64,000 bases of DNA from Vicinamibacterales bacterium (GTDB lineage: Bacteria; Acidobacteriota; Vicinamibacteria; Vicinamibacterales; UBA8438), in contig OZ220736.1 in NCBI GenBank assembly GCA_965116825.1, positions 1,186,057-1,250,056 on the forward strand. Direction: 5' to 3'. The number at the start of each line of letters is the position of its first letter. The stretch's first letter is position 1. Positions 9,768-18,455 of the stretch are shown piece after piece. The notes beneath the pieces were generated by a model. It was given only the letters and a program-made list of their open reading frames with translations, had not been told where the DNA came from and ran no database searches. The position numbers and the translations under genes were made by a program.

Positions 9768-9808
9768 CGTGAGCGGTGCATCCGGAGATCGTGAGCGGTG
9801 CACCGGAG
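9768..9808 (+). repeat. tandem about 21-nt direct repeat containing a 10-bp palindrome, overlapping the RBS of the next gene
   Basis: CGTGAGCGGTGCATCCGGAG (9768-9787) and CGTGAGCGGTGCACCGGAG (9790-9808). The second copy contains the perfect palindrome CGGTGCACCG and supplies GGAGG for the ATG at 9816. Confidence 0.7.
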
Positions 9809-9815
9809 GTCATGC

Positions 9816-10973
9816 ATGTCGATAGTCCGAGCAGTGTTCGCGATCGGCGCGGCGACGTGCGCGTCGTTGCTGCCGGCGTGGGGTGAGACGGGATCGGGGC
9901 GCGCGTCGCCGGAGCAGGCCGCCGAGGTCTCGTCCGCCGCATCGCCGGCGAGCGACCGGCGGTTGTACTTCCCGCCGGTCGACGGCCCCTGGGAAACCGT
10001 CGACCCGTCGGAAGCCGGCTGGGACGCCGAGCGGATCGACGCCGCGCTCACGCTGGCCGGCGAGAGGAGCTCCACCGGCGTGGTCATCCTCCACCGCGGC
10101 CGGATCCTGGCCGAGCGGCACTGGACGCTCGATTCCCCGTCGCGCGGCCATGTGAACGGCAGCCACGGCCCCAACGCGGCCGGCCACGCCGTCGAGGACG
10201 TGGCCTCGGTCCAGAAGAGCGTGGTGGCGGTTCTCGTCGGCCAGGCGCAGGAGCGCGGGCTGCTGACGCTCGACGATCCGGTCACCGATCACGCCGGCGC
10301 CTGGACGGAGGCGACCGAAGAGCAGGAACGCGCCGTCACCATCCGGCACCTGATGGCGATGACGACCGGCCTCACACCCGGACTCGAGCACGACGCCGAG
10401 CCCGGATCGAAGTGGCTGTACAACACGCCCGCCTATCACCGCCTGCTCCGCATCGTGGCGGCGGCGGCCGGCCTCGACCGCAACGAGGTCACGCGGGCGT
10501 GGCTGACCGGACCCCTCGGCATGCGCGACTCGCGCTGGGAGCCGCGCCCCTGGGCGCGCTCCGCCATCGCCACCGGCTTCGCCGCCAGCGCCCGGGACCT
10601 GGCACGCTTCGGCCTGTTCATCCTGGCCGGCGGGACCTGGAACGGCGAGACGATCGTCGAGGACACGGCGTATCTGACCGAGATGCTCCGGCCGTCGCAG
10701 GCGCTGAACCCGTCCTACGGGCTGCTCTGGTGGGTCAACGACCAGGCATCGTCCATGTCCTGGGCGATTCCGCCGGTGACGACCGCCGGGCCGCTGATCC
10801 CGGCCGCGCCGCCCGACCTGGCCGCGGCGCAGGGCGCCCGCGACCGCAAGCTCTACGTCGTGCCCAGCCTGGATCTGGTAGTCAGCCGCCTCGGCGACAA
10901 CGGTTCACTCGAAGGCTCCTCGTTCAACGACGCCTTCTGGGAACGGCTTGTCGAAGCGGCCCCCCGCCCGTGA
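9816..10973 (+). CDS. serine hydrolase (beta-lactamase/class C-like family), secreted
   Basis: ATG at 9816 with GGAGG 6 nt upstream. Signal peptide, then the S-x-x-K motif in VASVQKSVVAVLVG. Confidence 0.8.
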   Translation: MSIVRAVFAIGAATCASLLPAWGETGSGRASPEQAAEVSSAASPASDRRLYFPPVDGPWETVDPSEAGWDAERIDAALTLAGERSSTGVVILHRGRILAERHWTLDSPSRGHVNGSHGPNAAGHAVEDVASVQKSVVAVLVGQAQERGLLTLDDPVTDHAGAWTEATEEQERAVTIRHLMAMTTGLTPGLEHDAEPGSKWLYNTPAYHRLLRIVAAAAGLDRNEVTRAWLTGPLGMRDSRWEPRPWARSAIATGFAASARDLARFGLFILAGGTWNGETIVEDTAYLTEMLRPSQALNPSYGLLWWVNDQASSMSWAIPPVTTAGPLIPAAPPDLAAAQGARDRKLYVVPSLDLVVSRLGDNGSLEGSSFNDAFWERLVEAAPRP

Positions 10974-10982
10974 GTCGCGGAC

Positions 10983-13253
10983 ATGCAGAGACTCCTGAAC
11001 ATGCTCCCGGTTCCGCGCGGCCTGTCGCTCCGATTCGGTTCGCTGGCGTTGCTCTGCGCGTGCCAAGGCCTCGTTGCGCCCGCCTTGTGCGCCGCCGCTT
11101 CGCAGCAGACCAGCCCGACGGATCCGGTCAGATCGGCCGTCGTAACAGCGATCACCGCGGAGATCGTCATCGACGGGTCGCTCGACGAAGCGCCGTGGCG
11201 ACAGGCCCCGAAGATTGGCAATCTGGTCCAGCGAATCCCGGTGGCCGGCGCGGCGCCCACGGAGCGGACCGAGGTCACGCTGCTCTACGACGAGGACAAC
11301 CTCTACATCGGCGTCATGTGCTACGACTCGGAGCCCGACCAGGTGCTCGCGTCGCAGATGGCGCGCGACGCGCGCCTGAACGCCGACGACCGGCTGGCCA
11401 TCGTGCTCGACACGTTCCGCGACCAGAGCAACGCCTTCCACTTCGCGACCAACCCGGCCGGCGCCATGGTCGACGGCCTGGTGTTCGCGAACGGCGAGAC
11501 GAACGACGACTGGAACGGCATCTGGATCGTGCGCACCGCGCGAACGGACGCAGGGTGGAGCGCGGAATTCGCCATCCCGTTCAAGACCCTGAGCTTTCCG
11601 GCGGGCGAGACCGTCTGGGGCTTCAACATCGGTCGCACCATTCAACGCAAGCTCGAGGAGAACCGCTGGACGGGGGCGCGTTTTCAGACCCAGTTCTTCC
11701 AGATCTCCGAAGCGGGCGAAATCACGAATCTCGAGGACCTGGCGCAAGGGGTCGGCCTCGATGTCCGCCCGTTCATCGCGCGGCTCTGGCCGCGCCCGGG
11801 CACCGGCGGCGATACGGTCGCCGGCAAGCCGGGGCTGGACGTGTTCTACAACATCACCCCGAGCCTGAAGCTGTCCGTCACCGCGAACACCGATTTCGGC
11901 GAGACGGAAGTGGACGCGCGGCAGATCAATCTCACGCGCTTCTCCATCTTCTTTCCCGAGAAACGGACGTTCTTCCTGCAGGACGCGGGCGTCTTCAACT
12001 TCGCCACGACCGGCATCGATCCGCCGGGCGGCATTCCCGGCACCGGGGCCGAGATATTCCCGTTCTTCAGCCGGAAGATCGGCCTGCTCGGCGGGCAGGA
12101 GGTGCCGATCGACTACGGCGCCAAGCTGACCGGGCGGGTCGGCCGCACCGAGGTCGGCATGCTCGACGTGCGCACGCGCGACGTGCCGCACGTGAACGCC
12201 AACAACCTGCTGGTCGGGCGCGTCAAGCAGAACTTCCTGGAGCAGTCGTACGTGGGCGCCATCCTCACGAGCGGCAATCCCGCTTCCGCGCTGTCGAGCA
12301 GCACCGTGGGAGTCGACGCGCGCCTGGCCACTTCGAACTTCCTGGGCCGCAATCAGAACATGGTGTTCAACGCCTACGGTCTCACGAGCAACAACGAAGG
12401 CGTCGCCGACGAGAACTCGTCCTACGGCTTCGGGGCGCACTATCCCAACGACAGGTTCGAGGCGCAGGTGCTCTGGCGGGAGATTCAGGAGAACTTCGAT
12501 CCGGCGATCGGCTTCGTGCAGCGCAGCAACGTGCGCATGCTACGGGTCGCCGGCAGCTTCAATCCGCGCCCGAGGCCGGCGACCGGCATTCAGCAGATGT
12601 TCCACGACGTCTTCTACACGCGCTTCACCCGGCTCGACAACGGACTGGTCGAGAGCTGGGACATCTACGCCACCATCGTCGACTGGCACTTCAACTCGGG
12701 CGACTCCCTGCACAGCCTGTTCGACCTGAACCCGACCTACGAGCGCCTGTTCGAGCCGTTCGAGATCTCGCCCGGCGTCGTGCTTCCGGTGGGCGAGTAC
12801 CGCTTCATGCCCATGCGGATCTTCTTCACCTCGGCGCAGAAGCGGCGGGTGCAGGGCAGCATCGGCCTGCGGTTCGGCAACTACTGGTCGGGCACCGCGC
12901 AGGAGGTTCAGACGGGCCTCAGCTACAAGCTCCCTCCCAACTTCCTGATCAGCTTCAACGCCAACCAGACGTTCGCCAGCCTGCCGGAAGGCGACTTCGT
13001 CGCCCGCATCTACAGCTCGCAGGTGCAATATGCGGTGTCGCCCTTCCTGTCGTTCTCCAACCTGGTCCAGTTCGACAATCGATCCGGGAATCTCGGCCTC
13101 CAGAGCCGCGTGCACTGGACCATCGAGCCGGGAAACGAGATCTTCTTCGTATTCGGCCAGGGCTGGGTGCAGGACCTCGAGCGCGGCTACCGCGACTTCA
13201 GGAGGCAGGACTCGAGACTCGCCACGAAGCTCCAGTACACGTTCCGTTTCTGA
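10983..13253 (+). CDS. large secreted CBM9-like/DUF5916-type beta-rich protein
   Basis: 756 aa, signal peptide. N-terminal IDGSLDEAPWRQAP...LYIGVMCYD is as in CBM9/DUF5916 proteins. C-terminus ends ...KLQYTFRF, as in beta-barrel proteins. Confidence 0.65.
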   Translation: MQRLLNMLPVPRGLSLRFGSLALLCACQGLVAPALCAAASQQTSPTDPVRSAVVTAITAEIVIDGSLDEAPWRQAPKIGNLVQRIPVAGAAPTERTEVTLLYDEDNLYIGVMCYDSEPDQVLASQMARDARLNADDRLAIVLDTFRDQSNAFHFATNPAGAMVDGLVFANGETNDDWNGIWIVRTARTDAGWSAEFAIPFKTLSFPAGETVWGFNIGRTIQRKLEENRWTGARFQTQFFQISEAGEITNLEDLAQGVGLDVRPFIARLWPRPGTGGDTVAGKPGLDVFYNITPSLKLSVTANTDFGETEVDARQINLTRFSIFFPEKRTFFLQDAGVFNFATTGIDPPGGIPGTGAEIFPFFSRKIGLLGGQEVPIDYGAKLTGRVGRTEVGMLDVRTRDVPHVNANNLLVGRVKQNFLEQSYVGAILTSGNPASALSSSTVGVDARLATSNFLGRNQNMVFNAYGLTSNNEGVADENSSYGFGAHYPNDRFEAQVLWREIQENFDPAIGFVQRSNVRMLRVAGSFNPRPRPATGIQQMFHDVFYTRFTRLDNGLVESWDIYATIVDWHFNSGDSLHSLFDLNPTYERLFEPFEISPGVVLPVGEYRFMPMRIFFTSAQKRRVQGSIGLRFGNYWSGTAQEVQTGLSYKLPPNFLISFNANQTFASLPEGDFVARIYSSQVQYAVSPFLSFSNLVQFDNRSGNLGLQSRVHWTIEPGNEIFFVFGQGWVQDLERGYRDFRRQDSRLATKLQYTFRF

Positions 13254-13328
13254 AGGATCGAGCTCGCGTAACGCCGCGCAGAAGCGGCTCCGCTTGCCGC
13301 CCACCAATCCTCCAGCGGTCCGCACCTT

Positions 13329-13979
13329 CTACGGCACAGCCTCGCGGTCCGGCTCGGCCTCGCCGAGGTAGGTCTCCATGTCATCCTGCAGGGATTCGTG
13401 AAGCTGCAGGAGGATGTCGAGTCGGCCGTGGATTCGCCTGACGGCGAACACCCCTGCGTCCAGGCCCTCATCACCGGTGCGGGACCCGAACCCTACACTG
13501 ATCTCCTCCAGGAACCGGGCCTCCAGGTCCACGTATCGGTCGACCGAATCGTAGTGCCGGGCGCGCTCGATGACCCAGTCGTAGTCGAAGTAGGGCGCGG
13601 CCTGACTCGCCTGCGCCACACGCCACGCAGCGGTGGAGGTTTCCGGGAAGTCGAATCCGAGTTGGGCGGACACGGCGCCGCTCTCCCCGCTCTCCTGCGC
13701 CTCCGTCAGCGCCTGCAACACCTGCGCTACTTCGTCTCGCCCGTCGATCAAGCCCTGGCGGGATCTCTGAAACTCGTCCAGGTTCTGCCGAATCTCCAGG
13801 TCCACCGCGGCCCGGGCGCGATCCGCGAACCCGCGGAGCTGCCGCTCTTCCCGCCACTCCTCGACGCCGAGCGCCACGAGGACGGCAAACACCACCATCA
13901 CGGCCTCGGTCGCCAACTCCGCAAACCTCCAGCGCACCTTCTCACCGGTGAGCGCCGCAATCGTCGAGGGCACGTTCAT
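13329..13979 (-). CDS. hypothetical single-pass membrane protein
   Basis: ATG at 13979 with GGAGG upstream. One TM (AVMVVFAVLVALGV) followed by a helical domain. No family recognised. Confidence 0.45.
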   Translation of the reverse strand: MNVPSTIAALTGEKVRWRFAELATEAVMVVFAVLVALGVEEWREERQLRGFADRARAAVDLEIRQNLDEFQRSRQGLIDGRDEVAQVLQALTEAQESGESGAVSAQLGFDFPETSTAAWRVAQASQAAPYFDYDWVIERARHYDSVDRYVDLEARFLEEISVGFGSRTGDEGLDAGVFAVRRIHGRLDILLQLHESLQDDMETYLGEAEPDREAVP

Positions 13980-14358
13980 GTCGCCTCCGTCGCCTCCGTC
14001 GCCTCCCGTCATACCGGCAGGCTACCACGCCGTTCTCCAGCGCGCCGGCCGAACGTGACCTGGCGAGTTCCGGTTACCCACGTCCCTCGGCCGCCGGTCA
14101 CCCCCGCTCCTCCCGCCGCATCCGGGCGGATGCTTCCGGCGGGCTGGGATCCGATTCCGCCGGTCAACGGGGGACGTGCTGTTCAGCCGGTTGCTTCACC
14201 TGGCTGCTGAAGCTGCGGGTGCCGTCTGGCGCTTCCGATTCTATCGCTTTCGGACGCTGCTGCTGCCGGGCATGGTTGTTGTTCCCGTGTATCGGCTATC
14301 ATCCTGCCCACGCGACCTCGGTCGGCGCCTTCGACCGGGCCGCGCGGGCAGAGCAGGC

Positions 14359-15489
14359 ATGACGAATCACCAACCTCTTGATCGCGTCGAGATCCGCCGG
14401 TTTCGCGGATTGTCGGAACTCGATCTCGACGGACTGGGAAGGTTCAACGTCCTGCTCGGCGCCAACGACGTCGGCAAGACGTCCGTTCTGGAGGCCCTGT
14501 TTCTCCTAACCGGCTTCGCCAATCCGGGGCTCCCGTTGCAGCTTCAGCGCGGGCGCCACCTGCCTATTCGCAAGCTCGAAGACCTCGAGGCGTTGTTTCA
14601 TCAGCTCGATCCCGATCGGCCGATCGATCTCGTGGCCCATTCTGCTGGCACCGTCGCGCGCCGGTCTCTCCACATTTCTGTTCCGTACACGGAACTCTCC
14701 CTCGACTCGGATCCCCCGGAATTGCCCGACAGCTCCACTGCCGCTGCCGCCGGTTCCGCGACCGTCGGTACAGCTCCAGGCCAGTCGTCTTCCCTCACCT
14801 CGCCCCGTAGGCGTCTTCTTCGGTACGACGTCACGCTGCATCCTCGTGACGGAGATCCCGAGTCGCTTTCAGCCCTGTTGCGTTTCGAGCCTGAAGGCGT
14901 CCAAGTCAAGCATTCTGCAAAGCCGATCGACGAGGTTACGCTCTCGGCCCGCTACATCACGCCTGCGGTCGCCGCCGATGCGACCGCGATCGGCGAGCTG
15001 ATCGTCGGCAAGAACGTCGCCCCTCTCCTCGAGTTTCTGCGGGTCATCAATCCCCGTGTCACGGACCTTGCTGTCAGTGGCGACCTCGTGTATCTCGACA
15101 TTGGTCTTGACCGTCTGGTGCCGTTGAACCTGTTCGGTAGTGCCATGGTGCGCGCCGCCACCATCCTTTCTCACTGCATCCTGGGCAACGAACGCATCCT
15201 CCTCCTCGATGAGCTGGAGAACGGCTTGCACCATGCAGCCGTGCGGCCACTGCTGGAGACTCTCCTGGCCCTGGCTCGTGATCACGACATGCAGATCTTC
15301 GTCACGACTCACAGCGAGGCGGTCCTTCAGAGTCTCTTGGACCTCCTGCGGGCCGATGGGTCTTCGGACCATCGTTCGACAACGCATTGCTACGCGCTCC
15401 AGCGCGATCGCGAAGGGCATGTTCGTCCGTATCGCTACGAGTACGCGCAGTTCGAGCACTGCGTACGGCACGGCATCGAGATCCGATGA
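14359..15489 (+). CDS. ABC/AAA_21-type ATPase of a two-gene OLD-like module
   Basis: ATG at 14359. N-terminal IRRFRGL..., Walker A GANDVGKTS, Walker B ILLLDELENGLH, then FVTTHS. The region is visibly less GC-rich than its surroundings. Confidence 0.8.
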   Translation: MTNHQPLDRVEIRRFRGLSELDLDGLGRFNVLLGANDVGKTSVLEALFLLTGFANPGLPLQLQRGRHLPIRKLEDLEALFHQLDPDRPIDLVAHSAGTVARRSLHISVPYTELSLDSDPPELPDSSTAAAAGSATVGTAPGQSSSLTSPRRRLLRYDVTLHPRDGDPESLSALLRFEPEGVQVKHSAKPIDEVTLSARYITPAVAADATAIGELIVGKNVAPLLEFLRVINPRVTDLAVSGDLVYLDIGLDRLVPLNLFGSAMVRAATILSHCILGNERILLLDELENGLHHAAVRPLLETLLALARDHDMQIFVTTHSEAVLQSLLDLLRADGSSDHRSTTHCYALQRDREGHVRPYRYEYAQFEHCVRHGIEIR

Positions 15490-16181
15490 GCTGGGCGTTG
15501 TTCGTCGAAGGCCTCTGGGACGAATTCTTCATCCGCTGTCTCTTGCAGCGCCTGGGCGTCGAGGACGTCACCGTCGGGCATATTGGCGGTGGCGTGTCGG
15601 CCCTCCACATGGTTGCTCAGCAGATTCGCCGGCGCCGCGCCGACGGCATGCGCGTGGCGCTGATTCTGGATGCCGACACCAGTGCCAAACGGACCGGCGA
15701 AGACCTGGCGAGGGAACTGCGTCGCCTCGAGCTGCAGGTCGAGCGCTCATTCTTGTTGCCCGACGACAGGACGGAGGGCAAGCTCGAGACCCTCCTCGAG
15801 CGGATGGCGCACCCGTCGCATCGAGTCGTGTACCGCTGTTTTGATGCCTATGTCGAGTGCCTCCACAATGCCGATCGCACCTACTCGACGCCGGATTCCA
15901 AGGCCCGCCTCTACGCGTACTGCCATGCTCTGGGCGCAGAGCTCCAGGCCAGCAAAGATTACGACGATCCCGCGCATTGGGACCACGACCAAGAGAAGTA
16001 CATTGGTCATTGGGTCTGGAACAAGAGGGGGTCGCTCCGTGACCCTCTCACCGGTCGTCGTCGTTACTACGAGAAGCCCGAGGACGAGTGGCGCGTTGTC
16101 GACGACGAAGGGCTTCGCATTGTTCCGCAGGACCCTTGGGACCAGGTCCGCAGTCGCCGCGCTGCTGTTCGCGCCGTCTGA
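15486..16181 (+). CDS. Toprim-like protein (DUF3226/DUF4276/AriB-like) with a serine-recombinase-derived C-terminal tail
   Basis: ATGA overlap with the ATPase stop. LFVEG (acidic E8) plus ILDAD (DxD) form a Toprim signature, and LPDDRTEGKLETLL follows. The last about 60 aa (KYIGHWVWNKR...DPLTGRRRYYEKPEDEWRVVDDEGLRIVPQDPWDQVRSRR) look like the recombinase domain of a large serine recombinase. Confidence 0.65.
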   Translation: MSWALFVEGLWDEFFIRCLLQRLGVEDVTVGHIGGGVSALHMVAQQIRRRRADGMRVALILDADTSAKRTGEDLARELRRLELQVERSFLLPDDRTEGKLETLLERMAHPSHRVVYRCFDAYVECLHNADRTYSTPDSKARLYAYCHALGAELQASKDYDDPAHWDHDQEKYIGHWVWNKRGSLRDPLTGRRRYYEKPEDEWRVVDDEGLRIVPQDPWDQVRSRRAAVRAV

Positions 16182-16303
16182 TCGAGCACCCGGGAGCCGA
16201 GCCACTCGATCGCCTGCCCGGCGTGCAACAGCAGCCCGGCGCGGACGGGTTGCCCGTACTCGGCCTGGAAGGCGCGCAGGTGCCTTGCGTCACCGAACGG
16301 GGT
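16178..16303 (-). pseudogene. remnant resembling the C-terminus of a DUF4143-type AAA ATPase
   Basis: Minus-strand frame reads TPFGDARHLRAFQAEYGQPVRAGLLLHAGQAIEWLGSRVL, like the C-terminal end of DUF4143 ATPases. No upstream body of the gene is present. Recognition is from memory. Confidence 0.3.
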
Positions 16304-16330
16304 TTTCGCATTGCATGACATTGCATTACA

Positions 16331-16768
16331 ATGGGCTGGGGGGGTCGAGTGCGCAACCAGTTGAGCGTCAGGCTGCCGCATGCGCTGAACGCCGCCGTGG
16401 CCGAACGCGCGAAGCGCGACGCGCGGCGGCCGTCGGACGTCGTGCGCCTGGCGCTGCAGTCGTACCTGAACGAACCTGCAAGCGGCGGGCGGAACAGACC
16501 GGGCCGCGCGCGCGAGGGCGCCGGCTCTCATGCCTGGGGGGAGTCCGGGGACGCGCCGGCGGAGCGGGACATCCTGCTGCGCAATGTTCCGGAAGCGCTC
16601 TACCAGGCACTGGAGGACCGAGCCTCCCGCGAGCGGCTGTCCGTGGCCGACTACGTGCTCGACATACTGGCGCGCCGGCAGTTCCGGGAACGTCTGCAAT
16701 CGCGGTCACGCGTCCAACTCGGCGTTTCCGCCGCGGAGCTGATCCGTCAGGATCGAGACAGCCGTTGA
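16331..16768 (+). CDS. vapB: ribbon-helix-helix antitoxin (VapB/FitA-like) with two RHH-like segments
   Basis: QLSVRLPHALNAAVAERAKRDARRPSDVVRLALQSYL and ILLRNVPEALYQALEDRASRERLSVADYVLDIL both fit RHH. The stop overlaps the PIN gene start (TTGA). Confidence 0.7.
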   Translation: MGWGGRVRNQLSVRLPHALNAAVAERAKRDARRPSDVVRLALQSYLNEPASGGRNRPGRAREGAGSHAWGESGDAPAERDILLRNVPEALYQALEDRASRERLSVADYVLDILARRQFRERLQSRSRVQLGVSAAELIRQDRDSR

Positions 16769-17157
16769 TCGTCGTAGACGCGTCGGTCGTGGTCGAGGTG
16801 CTGCTCCGCTCCGCCGCGGGCACCGCCCTCGAAGAGCGGCTCTTCGAGGGCGACGACCCGCTGCATGCTCCGCACATGCTGGACGTCGAGGTTGCCCACG
16901 CCCTCAGGCGTTGCGCGGCGCGCGGAGACCTCGACGAGCGGCAGGGCCGCGACGCGCTCGGCGACCTCGCGGCCATGTCCATCGAGCGACACGGGCACCA
17001 GCCGCTGCTGGAGAGAATCTGGCAACTTCGGCAGAACCTGACGGCGTACGACGCCGCGTATCTTGCGCTGGCGGAGCGACTGGACGCGCCGCTGCTGACC
17101 TGCGATGCGGGGCTCGCGTCGGCCGCCGGGCATCGTGCCCGGATCGAGCTCGGGTAG
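16765..17157 (+). CDS. vapC: PIN-domain ribonuclease toxin VapC
   Basis: TTG at 16765. LIVVDASVVVEVLL ... LTAYDAAYLALAERLDAPLLTCD carries the PIN acidic residues. It is hidden inside the artefactual 15670..17157 ORF. Confidence 0.85.
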   Translation: MIVVDASVVVEVLLRSAAGTALEERLFEGDDPLHAPHMLDVEVAHALRRCAARGDLDERQGRDALGDLAAMSIERHGHQPLLERIWQLRQNLTAYDAAYLALAERLDAPLLTCDAGLASAAGHRARIELG

Positions 17158-17184
17158 CCGATTCAGCCCTTCCGAGCCTCCAGC

Positions 17185-17203
17185 GCACCGGCGGGGCCGG
17201 TGT
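17185..17203 (+). terminator. short GC hairpin after vapC (weak terminator candidate)
   Basis: GCACCGGC-GGG-GCCGGTGT, followed by TCTGT. There is no real U-tract. Confidence 0.3.
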
Positions 17204-17279
17204 CTGTAACATTGCACCCTGACGCTCTTGGCTGCTGATGGCCGCGGCGGAGAGTCCGACCCGACTCCGGAGCTTGAAG

Positions 17280-18455
17280 ATGCAGATCACCACAAGAACC
17301 GCCGCCGCCGCCGCTATCCTCGTCGCCTCCCTGCCGATCGCCGCGCCCCTGCACGCCCAGCCGCGCCTGACCATGGACTGGGAGGCGATGGCCGAGCAGC
17401 TCGTGACGCAGCTCGCGCCCGAACCGGGCGAGAAGATCGTGCTGGTCGCGCGGCCCGGGCAGTTCGACGCGCTGGTCCCACCCCTGCGCTACGCCCTGAT
17501 GCGGGCCGGCGCCATCGACCTCGGCGTCATCGACGTCATCGAAGAACCGTATCCGACCGGCTGGGACGCAGACCTGCTGGCGCGCAACAACGACGCGGCG
17601 CGCGCGCTGTACCGCGAGATGCTGCGCGACTTCGACGGAGCGATCATGCTGCCCGGCGCGCGACCGGACCATGCCGTCTACGCGGCGCTGCAGGACCTGC
17701 TGCACGAAGGCATCGGCCGCACCATCCACTTCCACTGGACCCAGAACGGCAGCGCGTTCCCGCTTCCCGGGCAGCCAATGCCGGGGCAGGCGGTCATCGA
17801 CGCCACCTACCAGCGGGCGCTGCTCGAGACCGACTACACCGGACTGAACGCCGTGCAACAACGCTTCGTCGAAGCCATGCGCGGCGCCGAGGTGCGGGTC
17901 ACCTCGCCGCTCGGCACCGACATCCGCTTCCGCATCGGCGACCGGCCGGTCAACTTCGGCGACGGCAACGCGTCGAAGGCGCGGACCGACCAGGGCGTGA
18001 TCCTGATCGACCGCGAGATCGAGCTGCCGTCCGGCGCGGTCCGCGTCGCGCCCCTCGAGGAGAGCGTCAACGGCGTCATCGTCTTTCCGCCGTCGCAGTG
18101 GGACGGCCGGCCGGTCACCGGTCTCGCCGTGCGCATCGAGAACGGCCGCGTCGCCGGCATGACGGCGGAATCCGGGCAGGCGGCGGCGGAGGCGGAGTTG
18201 GCCGGGGTTCCCGAGGAGGCGCGGGCGTTCCGCGAGTTCGCGCTGGGGTTCAACCCGCTGCTCGCCCTGCCGGAGCGCAACCCCTGGATCCCGTACTACG
18301 GCTACGGCGCGGGCATCGTGCGCCTCTCGCTCGGCGACAACTCCGAGCTGGGCGGGACGGTGACCGGCGGCTACGTGCGCTGGAACTTCTTCACCGACAC
18401 GACGGTGACGGTGGGCGGCGACGTCTGGGTGCGCGACGGGCAGCTCGTGCGCTGA
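17280..18455 (+). CDS. secreted M29 (aminopeptidase T/AmpS)-like protein
   Basis: ATG at 17280, signal peptide ending PLHAQP. TSPLGTDIRFRIG...ELPSGAVRVAPLEESVNGVIVF resembles the M29 core (NLPsGEvftaP.e.svnG), here with GA in place of GE. Confidence 0.55.
   Translation: MQITTRTAAAAAILVASLPIAAPLHAQPRLTMDWEAMAEQLVTQLAPEPGEKIVLVARPGQFDALVPPLRYALMRAGAIDLGVIDVIEEPYPTGWDADLLARNNDAARALYREMLRDFDGAIMLPGARPDHAVYAALQDLLHEGIGRTIHFHWTQNGSAFPLPGQPMPGQAVIDATYQRALLETDYTGLNAVQQRFVEAMRGAEVRVTSPLGTDIRFRIGDRPVNFGDGNASKARTDQGVILIDREIELPSGAVRVAPLEESVNGVIVFPPSQWDGRPVTGLAVRIENGRVAGMTAESGQAAAEAELAGVPEEARAFREFALGFNPLLALPERNPWIPYYGYGAGIVRLSLGDNSELGGTVTGGYVRWNFFTDTTVTVGGDVWVRDGQLVR

Noticed and set aside
10412-13441. 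Very long ORFs in alternate or antisense frames (for example 10412..13441+, 3327..4817+, 5421..7223-, 19143..20753-, 30582..33719+, 37748..39646-, 52882..55830+, 55922..59962+ upstream part, 60938..62806-)
   Set aside because: Their translations are Arg/Pro/Ala/Gly-dominated low-complexity strings with no motifs. They overlap frames that encode clearly recognisable proteins. This is typical stop-codon depletion in about 70% GC DNA.
14013-14358. 346-bp divergent intergenic region upstream of the ATPase gene with a possible TTGTTG-N15-TATCAT promoter near 14273-14299 and a GCATCC/GGATGC hairpin near 14118-14133
   Set aside because: Spacing and -35 quality are marginal and nothing else supports these sites, so they are not reported as features.
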